IMG/VR virus record: IMGVR_UViG_3300024309_000100
Location: 1-32,687 of that record
DNA length: 32,687 bases
Direction: 5' to 3' (one strand)
DNA from: a virus
Taxonomy: Duplodnaviria > Caudoviricetes
Part shown: positions 25,034 through 32,687 of the stretch, piece by piece
How positions within the stretch are numbered: position 1 is the stretch's first letter
Layout: each line of letters begins with the position of its first letter
Translations under genes and position numbers: made by a program
The notes under the pieces: model-generated
Told to the model about the DNA's origin: nothing
Database searches by the model: none
What the model saw: the letters and a program-made list of their open reading frames with translations, nothing else

Positions 25034-25626
25034 TGCGCGTCCCCGTGTCTGCTGCGAGCGGCTTGCCGCTCGGATTCGGCCTGCTCCGGGCTGAACTGCC
25101 CCAAGCCTTCCATCTGTGCGATCCACGCCAGCTGGCGCTGCAGCGGCGATTCCTTATGCGGTGATGGGGTGGTGCCCGAGGACGAGCGCAGGTGTTTCCC
25201 TACGCGCGCATCCTCTTCCCGCTGACGCTCCTGCGCGGCGTCGGCCTTGTCGGCCAGGCCGAACACCACCGCGCGCAGGTAGCCGTGGGATTCCAGCGGC
25301 AGTGATAGACCGCTCCGCTGCGCCAGCATCTGTTCGATGCCGGCCACCCACTGCGCCGGGCTGGCTGGGCGGCGCACACCGCTGCGTTCGTCTTTGCACA
25401 CGCTGCCAGCGGCGACCAGGTCCGCGACCTCCTGGGCCAGCTTGACCGCCCGCGCAAGTCGAAGGGCGGTTTTTGCCGGTTTGAACAGACCGAGATAGGC
25501 CAGCACCGCCCGACCCAGCTCCGGTGGCAACCCTGCTGCCACCATCGCCAGACGCTTGCCGTCGTCCTCGGCAAACATCGCGCTGATGTGGGCCTGGGCG
25601 CCGCACTCGGGACACGTCGCTCGCAT
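25030..25626 (-). CDS. Conserved Mu-like phage protein with N-terminal CxxC
   Basis: MRATCPECG, YLGLFKPAK and PL.SHGYL motifs; coupled to both neighbours. Confidence 0.75.
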   Translation of the reverse strand: MRATCPECGAQAHISAMFAEDDGKRLAMVAAGLPPELGRAVLAYLGLFKPAKTALRLARAVKLAQEVADLVAAGSVCKDERSGVRRPASPAQWVAGIEQMLAQRSGLSLPLESHGYLRAVVFGLADKADAAQERQREEDARVGKHLRSSSGTTPSPHKESPLQRQLAWIAQMEGLGQFSPEQAESERQAARSRHGDAQ

Positions 25627-26231
25627 CAGCCGTGCCCCAGCGGCCGTGGTTCGATGCTTTCCAGCACCACACCCATCTGGCGCAGATACTGCCGGTTGCG
25701 CTGCCAGCCGGCCGGCAGGTCGGCGGTCATGGCCTGCCACTGCGCGTCATCAATGCCAAGCGCGATGCGGCGCTCCTCCAGCGCGGCCAGCAGGCCACGC
25801 TTCTCCTGCTCGACGTGCAATGCGGCGATGACATCGCGCAGTTGCCCCTCGGTACGACACCACGCCACGCGGTCAATGCCGTGCATGCGTTTGGTGATGC
25901 TGTCCGCATAGGCCCAGGGCAGGCCCATGTCCGCCAGCTGCGCCTCCACCTTGGTGATCATCTCCGGCATCGCGCGCGCCGAATCGAAGTTGTGCGGCTT
26001 GCCCGGATACGCCACACGCGGCTTCTCGCCAGCCTTCAGGCGCAATTCGTCCAGCACGGCAAACAGCGCCTCGGGTGAAAGCTCGGTGCTGCTTGTGGCG
26101 CCACCCAGGCGCTGCAGGATGGATTCGTACACGTCCCGGTCGAGCCCCAACTTGCGGCGCAGGGCGTGGATGGCCTTGCGCTGGCCTGCCGTGCGCTTTC
26201 CCGCATCACGGACCTGGTAGTAGCTGCCCAT
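25626..26231 (-). CDS. gemA: GemA / Mu gp16 (DUF1018) protein
   Basis: AIH...RKLGLD.D.Y..IL...G..SS..L motif; W.YADSI.KRM motif. Confidence 0.85.
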   Translation of the reverse strand: MGSYYQVRDAGKRTAGQRKAIHALRRKLGLDRDVYESILQRLGGATSSTELSPEALFAVLDELRLKAGEKPRVAYPGKPHNFDSARAMPEMITKVEAQLADMGLPWAYADSITKRMHGIDRVAWCRTEGQLRDVIAALHVEQEKRGLLAALEERRIALGIDDAQWQAMTADLPAGWQRNRQYLRQMGVVLESIEPRPLGHG

Positions 26232-26575
26232 CAGGATTCCCTTTCCACGAACCGCACCAGGTGCGGCAGGTCGGCGTGTCGCTGCAGGCGCCATTCCCAG
26301 GCATCACCCCGCAGCTCGATGTACTTCAGCGCCAACTGCACGTAGAGCATGGCGTCGGGATCACGCGGGTCCTCGGCCTGGTTGGTGTCGCAGAACGATT
26401 GCCCGTCAACCTTCACCCACTTTGCGTAGGCCTCGATGTCCGAGCGTGCCGTGCGGTCGGCTATCCGTCCGGCCAGCTGGGCCAGCGCAGTGCCGCAAGC
26501 CATGCCGGCATCGAACTGCTTTGCCCCTTGGTCGGCCATGTCGCCGGGGGTGTATCCGATCTGGTTCTGGTTCAT
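26231..26575 (-). CDS. Hypothetical protein
   Basis: GGAG SD, ATG 26575, stop overlaps the gemA start. Confidence 0.7.
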   Translation of the reverse strand: MNQNQIGYTPGDMADQGAKQFDAGMACGTALAQLAGRIADRTARSDIEAYAKWVKVDGQSFCDTNQAEDPRDPDAMLYVQLALKYIELRGDAWEWRLQRHADLPHLVRFVERES

Positions 26576-26576
26576 C

Positions 26577-27191
26577 TCACACTCCCGCCATGTCCAGGGA
26601 AATCGATTGGTACTTGCCGTTGGCATCGCGCTCGTACACGCGCACGTAGGCCGTGCTGCCCACCACCTGCACGGCCTCGCCGATGGCGAGCATGGCGCGC
26701 TGCCAACGCTCGTCCTCGATAGGCAGGCGGCGCAGGCCCAGCACCTGCGCGGTGCGGATGTTTCCCTCTTGATCCACCCGGAATGCGTCATTGACGATGG
26801 CCCGCAGTTCCGCGCGCGCGCCTTCGGTCCATTCGGTGAGGCATTCGTCGATCAGTGCTTTGGCGGCCTTCAAACGCTCATCAAAGCGGATGGCCTCCTG
26901 AATCTGCCGGACCACCTTGTATTTGCCGTCGAAGGAAATCAGGCTGGCGTTGCCCTTTTTGCCGCCGATGTGGACGCGGTATTGCTCCGCGCTCAGTTCG
27001 ATGAACGCGGCGATGTCCTCGAAGGCGCGATTCTTCAGTGCCTTCAGCCGGGCGTTTTCCTCCTTCCATGCCTGCACGATTTCCTGCACCAGGGCGTCGC
27101 GGGCCAGGTCGATGGGCTTGATCAGTACCTCGGCCACAAGGCGCCCCTGCGGGTCGCGGCGGTAGCCATCGGGGATGGTTTCGATATTCAC
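26577..27191 (-). CDS. DUF3164 family protein
   Basis: IKPIDL.RD.LV, GGKKGN..L.SFDG and FDERL.AAK.LIDEC..EW motifs. Confidence 0.9.
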   Translation of the reverse strand: MNIETIPDGYRRDPQGRLVAEVLIKPIDLARDALVQEIVQAWKEENARLKALKNRAFEDIAAFIELSAEQYRVHIGGKKGNASLISFDGKYKVVRQIQEAIRFDERLKAAKALIDECLTEWTEGARAELRAIVNDAFRVDQEGNIRTAQVLGLRRLPIEDERWQRAMLAIGEAVQVVGSTAYVRVYERDANGKYQSISLDMAGV

Positions 27192-27343
27192 GGGTTTTCT
27201 TCCTTGGCCGGTGCCGGCCCTTGTGGTTCCAGCGGCGTGCCGAAATGCTCTTCAAAGCGGCGGTGAAGCGAATCGACAATCCGGCCGCCAATGCAGGGCG
27301 GCAGGTCGTCGTCCTCGTAGATGTCCTCGACGTACCGGGTCAT
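27188..27343 (-). CDS. Small hypothetical protein (51 aa)
   Basis: 4-nt overlaps with both neighbours. Confidence 0.6.
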   Translation of the reverse strand: MTRYVEDIYEDDDLPPCIGGRIVDSLHRRFEEHFGTPLEPQGPAPAKEENP

Positions 27344-27639
27344 CGCGCACCGGCCCTTGCTGCTGCCGCCTGGCTGGTTTCCTCCCATTCCAGGAGGCAG
27401 CCGTGGAACGGGGCGATGAACACCGCGCGGGTGCAGCCGTTGAAGGTCTGCCTGTGGCGCAAGGCGCCCTGGATGAACGAGCCGACCGGCGGTGGATCGA
27501 TCACGATCCGCGCGCGGCGTTCCGTGATCTTCACCTCGCGCGGTGTGCACCCGGTGCGGCCAAGCTCGAACATGGCGCCCAGCAGCGCCTTGGCGTGGCC
27601 GTGGATGCAGTCGAACGCGACGTTCTGCTGATTGCTCAT
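27340..27639 (-). CDS. Hypothetical early protein
   Basis: GAGGA SD, ATGA coupling; GCLLEW ending typical of small Mu-like early proteins. Confidence 0.72.
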   Translation of the reverse strand: MSNQQNVAFDCIHGHAKALLGAMFELGRTGCTPREVKITERRARIVIDPPPVGSFIQGALRHRQTFNGCTRAVFIAPFHGCLLEWEETSQAAAARAGAR

Positions 27640-28073
27640 GGCGTGGTTTCCTCAGTGGCAGTGGTGGCCTGGCGGATCACCCGCACCAGGCGCGCGGCAC
27701 CGGCGTAGCTGATGCCGCGCAGGGCTTCGGCGAGCGGGATGCCCCGCGGCATCAGCACGCGGGCATCGGTCATGTAGCCGGCCAACCGGTCATCCACCGT
27801 CGAGGTGTCGATGCCGGCGGCGTTGAGCAGGCGCAGGATTTCCCTGCGCTGCGGCGCGGTGCTGTTGGCGACCATGTTGGCCGTGCCATTGCGCAGCGGC
27901 GCGGCCTTCAGCGCGATGTCCATCAGCTGCCGCACGGTCAACTGCTCGACCTGCAGGCCGGTGGCGGCGATGGCTTCGACAGCCAGGCATTTTTGCTGCA
28001 GGGAAGCAGCGGCCAGTTGGCCGATGACATTGGTGGCGACCAGCAGGTCGGCTGTGATGATCTGTGTGTTCAA
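27636..28073 (-). CDS. Hypothetical early protein
   Basis: TTG start after GGAGG, overlapping the upstream TGA. Confidence 0.65.
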   Translation of the reverse strand: MNTQIITADLLVATNVIGQLAAASLQQKCLAVEAIAATGLQVEQLTVRQLMDIALKAAPLRNGTANMVANSTAPQRREILRLLNAAGIDTSTVDDRLAGYMTDARVLMPRGIPLAEALRGISYAGAARLVRVIRQATTATEETTP

Positions 28074-28279
28074 TTCCCACCTCCCTCCTGGGCAGCGGCG
28101 TCCTGCGTTGCGAGGCGGTCCTCGTAGCCGGCCAGGTTGCGGCGGATGATGCGCAGGCAGTGCAGCCGTTCCTCCACGCTCAGCGCGGTGTTGTCTCGGA
28201 TGCGGGCCAGGCGCAGGCACACGGCCAGCACGTCGCCGGCAGCCTGTACGTGGGGCGTGGGCGTGGTGGCCGGGTTCAC
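28070..28279 (-). CDS. Small hypothetical protein
   Basis: GTGA overlap with the MuB stop; GGGGG/GGAG SD. Confidence 0.6.
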   Translation of the reverse strand: MNPATTPTPHVQAAGDVLAVCLRLARIRDNTALSVEERLHCLRIIRRNLAGYEDRLATQDAAAQEGGGN

Positions 28280-29259
28280 TCGAACACCCCCAGCTCGCGC
28301 GCAGCCTGGCCGATGGAGTCGCAGCAGATCGGCTTGCGGCTGGCTTGCGCGTAGGTGGCCGCAAGCCGGATCACCTTGTTCAGCACGCGCAAGGCGCCGG
28401 GCTTGGCGGCGATATCGCGGATGCGCTCCCGGCACTTGCCGTCATCGATGCCCCACGCCTTGATGATCGCGTCGGCATCGCCTTGCGTGGCCCGCTTGAT
28501 CAGCGTTTTCTTGCCGACCCGCGAGTAGAGGCGGTCGAGGTACGCCGCGCGGTTGCCGCCGGTCATCTGCGTGTAGACGCGCTCGTTGCCGGCGAACACC
28601 AGGCCGATGCCGCACTTGTCGTTGAACCAGCGGATGCCATCCATTGCTTGAACCGTCAGGTGCTGGGCCTCGTCGACGACCAGCAGCCCGCCCGTGTTGC
28701 GGACCTTGGTTGCAATGGCGCGCTGGAGGTAGGAGGCGCTGCGGACGTAGTCCCGCAGGCCCACCCTGATGGCGATTTCCTCCAGCACGGCGAGCAGCGA
28801 GCCGGTGGCCGCACTCAGTTCCACGTGCCAGACGTTCGGTGCGATGGCCTGGTACTGCTCGATGGTCTTGCTCTTGCCGATGCCGGCGGCGCCGACGATC
28901 AGCACAAGGTCGGCCGCCACTTGCGCGTAGCGCAGGTCTCCGAGAATGCGTTTGCTGGTGGGCGTATCGACCCACGCCGGGGCCATCGGCAGCGATTCGG
29001 TGGACGCCTGCGCGTCGTAGGCGTTGAGCCACTTGGCGATCTTCATCGCCGTCGCCTGCATGTTGCCCTTGTAGGTATCGCCCAGGAACTGGCTCAGCGT
29101 GGCGCCGGACATGTCCGCCTCGCGGGCAATGCGGTTCTGGCTGTAGCCGTTGCCGGCCTCCGAGATCATCCGCACGCGCTCCCGCATGTCGGACATCTGC
29201 TCCTGGCTGAACTCTTCCGGGATGCTGTTGCTGGCGGCGGCATTCATGGCATGCGTCAT
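28276..29259 (-). CDS. MuB-like AAA+ target-selection ATPase
   Basis: N-terminal HTH (SQ..IAREA.MS.ATLSQFL...Y.G), Walker A GAAGIGKS, Walker B LLVVDEAQHL; GAGGGA SD before ATG 29259. Confidence 0.95.
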   Translation of the reverse strand: MTHAMNAAASNSIPEEFSQEQMSDMRERVRMISEAGNGYSQNRIAREADMSGATLSQFLGDTYKGNMQATAMKIAKWLNAYDAQASTESLPMAPAWVDTPTSKRILGDLRYAQVAADLVLIVGAAGIGKSKTIEQYQAIAPNVWHVELSAATGSLLAVLEEIAIRVGLRDYVRSASYLQRAIATKVRNTGGLLVVDEAQHLTVQAMDGIRWFNDKCGIGLVFAGNERVYTQMTGGNRAAYLDRLYSRVGKKTLIKRATQGDADAIIKAWGIDDGKCRERIRDIAAKPGALRVLNKVIRLAATYAQASRKPICCDSIGQAARELGVFE

Positions 29260-29429
29260 GTGTTCCCTCTGGTCTTGCGGGTGGTGGCGGAAGTAGTGCG
29301 CGAGCGGCACTTTCATTGGGTGGAGCGCGGGACAGGCCGGGCGCTTGATCGCGCTCTTGCGCGCCTGGTAGCGCAGCAGCCGCGATCCCGGCAGCCCGGC
29401 ACGGTCAAGGCGGATATCGGGCAGCCCCT

Positions 29430-31436
29430 TCATTCGTCGGCTCCCCTGGGCTGGTAGAAGCTGCCGGCCCGTTGCTGGCTCGCCAGGCGTTCCATCAGGT
29501 CGCCGAATGCCGCCTCGCGGTCATCGGTGCCGGTGCGCTGCAGCTGCTCCTGCGGAGCCGCCTGCGGCTTCGGGGCGCGCTTGCCGAACATCGGCGCGAC
29601 CACGCCGGCCGGCGGCAGGTGTTCCGGCACAGGGGCCGGCAGTTGGCTGGCGAGCTTCGCAGCGGACATGCGGCGTTCGGCCACCAACTGCTGCTGTGTG
29701 GCACGGCGGAACTGCTTCTTGGCGCGCGCGTGTTCTTTAGCCGACACCGTGTCTGCGAAGCCGACGGCGGCGATGCACTCGGCGGTGCCGAGATGCACGT
29801 TTGCCAGCGAATACACCTCGACGCTTGTGTGCAGCGCTTCGGGGTCGAAGCGAAGCATCACCTTCTTGCCGGCGTGCGCCGCGATGGCCTCGCTCCAGTA
29901 GCGGTTGCCGGCCAAGCGCACGGCGCCGTCGCGCGCATCCGAGGTGACCACCTCGGTCGCCAGCAGCAGCTGGCGCAGCTGCTCGCCGGTGGCCTTGCGG
30001 ATCGTGGACTGCGCGTAGCTGGCCGCGAACACCTGGTCGAAGCTGTGTTTTCCACCGCACACCCGGCTGCGCCTGCCCTCGCGGGCGTTGTGGGCAGCGA
30101 TTTCCTCGTTCAACACCCGCACGAACTCATCCAGCGCCACGGCCTTGCTGCCGTAGTTCTCGGGCTTCGCGTCGGGTTTGTTGCCGGTGTAGGCGCCAGC
30201 AAAGGCGGGGTGCTTGGCGATGCGGTCGCACATGTCGCGCCAGGCGCGTTCGATAGGCTTGGCCTGGCCGTGGTACGGCGTAGTCCAGTGGATTTCGCAA
30301 TCCATGTCGGTCAGGATGCCGACCGGATCATCCGGCTTCACCTTGAAGCGGAAGCGGTTGGGGACGCCGCCCGTCAGCATCTTGCTGGCGAAGCCACGGC
30401 CATTGTCCAGCCACACTTTCTCGGGGATGCCGTAGCGCTCGATGACGTCGCGGAAGGAGAACCGCACCAGGTCGGCCGATTCGGTTTCGGCAATCCGGTA
30501 GCCCAGCACCTTGCCCGAGTAGAGACACTGCACGCCCACTAGGATGGGCCGCGCGATGGTGCCGTCCGGCCAGCGCACGAACACGTCGAACTTGTGGCCG
30601 TCGGCGTTCACCGCTTCCAGCGCATGGAACACGCTGCGGTCGCGCTCCTGTGCCGGGAACGTGCGGTCGAATGCCTCCCGACCTTGGCGAGCCAGCACCA
30701 GCACACCGCGCGGCAGCTCCGCTTTGATGCGCCGCTCGAAGGTCTTCAGCGACGGCAGCACCCAGCCATGCACCCGCGCCAACCGCTGCATGCGCTCGTA
30801 GCAGCTGGAGGCAGTGGGCGCTTCCACCCGCAGATAGTCGGCCTTGAACGCATCCCATGCCTCGGTCGGAATCTCCGCAGTCACGGTGCGGCCGGCATAC
30901 GCCGGCACCAGCAGTGCCAGACGGTGTTGCTTCTCGACACCTGCCACCAGCGCGGCCCAGCGGCCCAAGGTGGCAGCACTGGCGCCGCGCGCGTTCTCGC
31001 GCTGCAGCTGCGCCGCGACCAGGGCACGGGCGTCGAGCAGTGGATGACCATCTGCCACCAGTTGCTCCACCGCCTGCAGGGCGCGCAGGCGGCGGTGTGC
31101 CTCGTCTTTCAGCGGTTGCTCGACGGCCTCATAGCGCTGCCAGGCGGACTTGATCTGGGCGTCGCTGGCGGCCGTCGTGCCCTTACGGGGTGTCGGCGGC
31201 GCGACGGGATGGATGTCGGGCTGCTGGCGCAGCAGGATTGCGGCTTGCACGTCTGCCGGCAGGGCCGGCATGGCGTAGTACCGCTTCGCACCACCGCGAC
31301 CGGTACGCGTTTCGTAGGCCCAGGCTTCCTTGGTTGCACGCAGTTCAACCGCGCGTTTCGTGATGCCCAGCGCACTGGCAAGGGTCGCCAAGTCGGCGGG
31401 GGCGTGGCTGGCCCGAATGGCGTTCCCATCAGCCAT
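29430..31436 (-). CDS. MuA-like DDE transposase
   Basis: N-terminal Mu-type HTH (GRGG...Y...ALP), catalytic ADGH / LDNG / KPIER motifs, C-terminal RFDP..L domain. Confidence 0.97.
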   Translation of the reverse strand: MADGNAIRASHAPADLATLASALGITKRAVELRATKEAWAYETRTGRGGAKRYYAMPALPADVQAAILLRQQPDIHPVAPPTPRKGTTAASDAQIKSAWQRYEAVEQPLKDEAHRRLRALQAVEQLVADGHPLLDARALVAAQLQRENARGASAATLGRWAALVAGVEKQHRLALLVPAYAGRTVTAEIPTEAWDAFKADYLRVEAPTASSCYERMQRLARVHGWVLPSLKTFERRIKAELPRGVLVLARQGREAFDRTFPAQERDRSVFHALEAVNADGHKFDVFVRWPDGTIARPILVGVQCLYSGKVLGYRIAETESADLVRFSFRDVIERYGIPEKVWLDNGRGFASKMLTGGVPNRFRFKVKPDDPVGILTDMDCEIHWTTPYHGQAKPIERAWRDMCDRIAKHPAFAGAYTGNKPDAKPENYGSKAVALDEFVRVLNEEIAAHNAREGRRSRVCGGKHSFDQVFAASYAQSTIRKATGEQLRQLLLATEVVTSDARDGAVRLAGNRYWSEAIAAHAGKKVMLRFDPEALHTSVEVYSLANVHLGTAECIAAVGFADTVSAKEHARAKKQFRRATQQQLVAERRMSAAKLASQLPAPVPEHLPPAGVVAPMFGKRAPKPQAAPQEQLQRTGTDDREAAFGDLMERLASQQRAGSFYQPRGADE

Positions 31437-31888
31437 CAACGGACCCTCCGCGCCATGTCTTTCAGCGCCCGGATTTCCTCACCGGCCTGTTGCCGCACGC
31501 GCTCCAGTCGACCGATTTCCGCGTCCAGGGTGGCGGCGCCCAGCAGCAGCTGGCCGCCCAGGACACTGCCGTGCCAGCCGCCAAGCCGCGTGCTGCTGCA
31601 AACGATCTCCAGCACCGGGGCCAGCCACAGAGGGCAGTTGAACTCCTCTCGGGATTCGGCCGTGTAGCCGTCCAGCATGTTCTTGGACACGTCGCGGCCG
31701 GCAAGCCGGCTGGCGCGCGAGGCGACCTCGTAGCGGTCCAGGCCGGCGGCGTGGGCGTCTTTCAGCATGTCGCCCACCAGCAGGCTCACCGGCTGGCGGA
31801 AGTCCATGCTGCCGGGCACCGGCGCCGCCGGGCGGGGCAGCGCGAACATGTCGCCGGTGAGGGCATCCGAGCGGGTACGGCGCTTCAT
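31436..31888 (-). CDS. Conserved early DNA-binding-like protein preceding MuA
   Basis: DRYEVASR.S.L.G.DVSK.MLD.YT..SRE..N.P helix-turn-helix-like pattern; stop overlaps the MuA start. Confidence 0.78.
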   Translation of the reverse strand: MKRRTRSDALTGDMFALPRPAAPVPGSMDFRQPVSLLVGDMLKDAHAAGLDRYEVASRASRLAGRDVSKNMLDGYTAESREEFNCPLWLAPVLEIVCSSTRLGGWHGSVLGGQLLLGAATLDAEIGRLERVRQQAGEEIRALKDMARRVR

Positions 31889-32331
31889 GCTCGGATGCCC
31901 CCACCTACGGCCGCTCGCTGGGTCCCACAGGCGAGGGTGTCTGCGGAAGCACATACCTGCTCCCCAGCTGCCGGGGTTTTCGCGGTCAGGTTCGCGGGGC
32001 ACTCACCGGCCAATCCCCACCCATTGCGCCGGGCCAGCGTGTAGATGGAACCCTTGTGGCTGGTAGGCTCGCAGGCGCGACCCAACCACCCCCCAACCAC
32101 AGAGGTTCCAGTGACCGAAATAGCTGCCAGCGCCGTGCAGGAAATCGCGTTCAACTTCATGCAGCGCTGCTTCATCGGCGCTGCACCGAATGGCAAGCCG
32201 GAAGAAAAATCGATCTCGGAGCTGCGGGAGTTGCTTTGTTCCATCGACGAGCTGCTGCCAATGGAGGTCCACACTTGGAGCGAAGGGCGGAGGACAGCCC
32301 TATACAGGCTGCTGAGCAACTTTGTGATCAT
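31885..32331 (-). CDS. Possible hypothetical protein
   Basis: ATGA overlaps at both ends, but largely antisense to a better-supported + gene. Confidence 0.35.
   Translation of the reverse strand: MITKLLSSLYRAVLRPSLQVWTSIGSSSSMEQSNSRSSEIDFSSGLPFGAAPMKQRCMKLNAISCTALAAISVTGTSVVGGWLGRACEPTSHKGSIYTLARRNGWGLAGECPANLTAKTPAAGEQVCASADTLACGTQRAAVGGGIRA
32061..32069 (+). promoter_or_regulatory. Putative extended -10 promoter for the antisense gene
   Basis: TGG-TAGGCT about 40 nt upstream of an AGAGG SD and GTG. Confidence 0.45.
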
Positions 32332-32449
32332 TCTTCAGCTCCAACCAGGGCTTCAGTTCCCTGGCGAAGTGCGCAGCTCGATGCCCGATCGCTTGCGACA
32401 GCCGCTGATGTCGCTTCTCGGAACTGCGCCAGATCCCAGCGATCTTTAA
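32111..32449 (+). CDS. Antisense hypothetical protein (112 aa), moron-like
   Basis: AGAGG SD at 32101-32105, GTG start, globular helical composition, lower GC than the flanks. Confidence 0.6.
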   Translation: MTEIAASAVQEIAFNFMQRCFIGAAPNGKPEEKSISELRELLCSIDELLPMEVHTWSEGRRTALYRLLSNFVIILQLQPGLQFPGEVRSSMPDRLRQPLMSLLGTAPDPSDL

Positions 32450-32687
32450 TCGCGGTGTCCAAAATTTGGTGGAGGCTGTCCAGCAGCTGCCTGCCCGGCG
32501 CGGGCTCCCTCTCGGCGCTGGCTTTCGCCGCCCGTGCCAAGGCGAGATAGCGCTCCCGGCGCTTCACCGCGTCCACGGCGGCATGGGTCAAGCCGACCTG
32601 CAGGTGATGGACCAACGCCCGGTTGGCCTCCCGCGCCATCGCCACCAGGGCGTGGGCTGGGTATGCGTGGAGGGAGGCAGTGTTCAT
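32328..32687 (-). CDS. Hypothetical early protein
   Basis: 119-aa ORF in operon orientation; 3' end overlaps the + gene. Confidence 0.6.
   Translation of the reverse strand: MNTASLHAYPAHALVAMAREANRALVHHLQVGLTHAAVDAVKRRERYLALARAAKASAEREPAPGRQLLDSLHQILDTAIKDRWDLAQFREATSAAVASDRASSCALRQGTEALVGAEE

Larger units (their letters stand above)
1..32687 (-). mobile_element. Mu-like transposable (pro)phage, myovirus-type tail; ends not in window
   Basis: MuA/MuB, Mor, GemA, gp27-29, F, G, I, T, sheath/tube and gp43-48 homologues in Mu gene order, nearly all on one strand with 1-4 nt overlaps. Confidence 0.97.

Noticed and set aside
10764-31667. Many long + strand ORFs (e.g. 10764-12431, 13701-14882, 19186-20565, 28345-29457)
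   Set aside because: Antisense shadows of high-GC genes, with no motifs or ribosome binding sites
1-32687. CRISPR array, rRNA, IS elements, Mu att ends
   Set aside because: No regularly spaced repeats or such genes seen; the window stops at gene boundaries before the ends

Overview
The window is most of a Mu-like (transposable, contractile-tailed) phage or prophage genome, coded almost entirely on the minus strand and clipped at gene boundaries. The repressor/ner genes and both att ends lie outside it. Read right to left, the order is: early region (hypotheticals, MuA DDE transposase, MuB ATPase, DUF3164, GemA, Mor/C activator); lysis (holin, SAR-type lytic transglycosylase, overlapping i-/o-spanins, TraR/DksA finger); packaging and head (gp25-gp29, F, G, I/Z, T); neck, tail and baseplate (gp35-gp48, with a -1 frameshifted tail chaperone); a three-gene tail fibre cassette without an invertase; and a Dam-family methyltransferase in the mom position without a com gene. 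High GC and the tail proteins suggest a Xanthomonadaceae-like host (inference only). The most unusual feature is a small plus-strand (antisense) layer. It comprises (1) a ~125-nt tRNA-like structured RNA with its own extended -10 element, sitting directly behind a MuF protein that has a long C-terminal, possibly nuclease-like extension, where an immunity gene would be expected; (2) a G-U-rich structured RNA antisense to the methyltransferase leader; and (3) an antisense ORF nested in the early operon. All assignments come from motif recognition, synteny with Mu and manual base-pairing; no searches were run.
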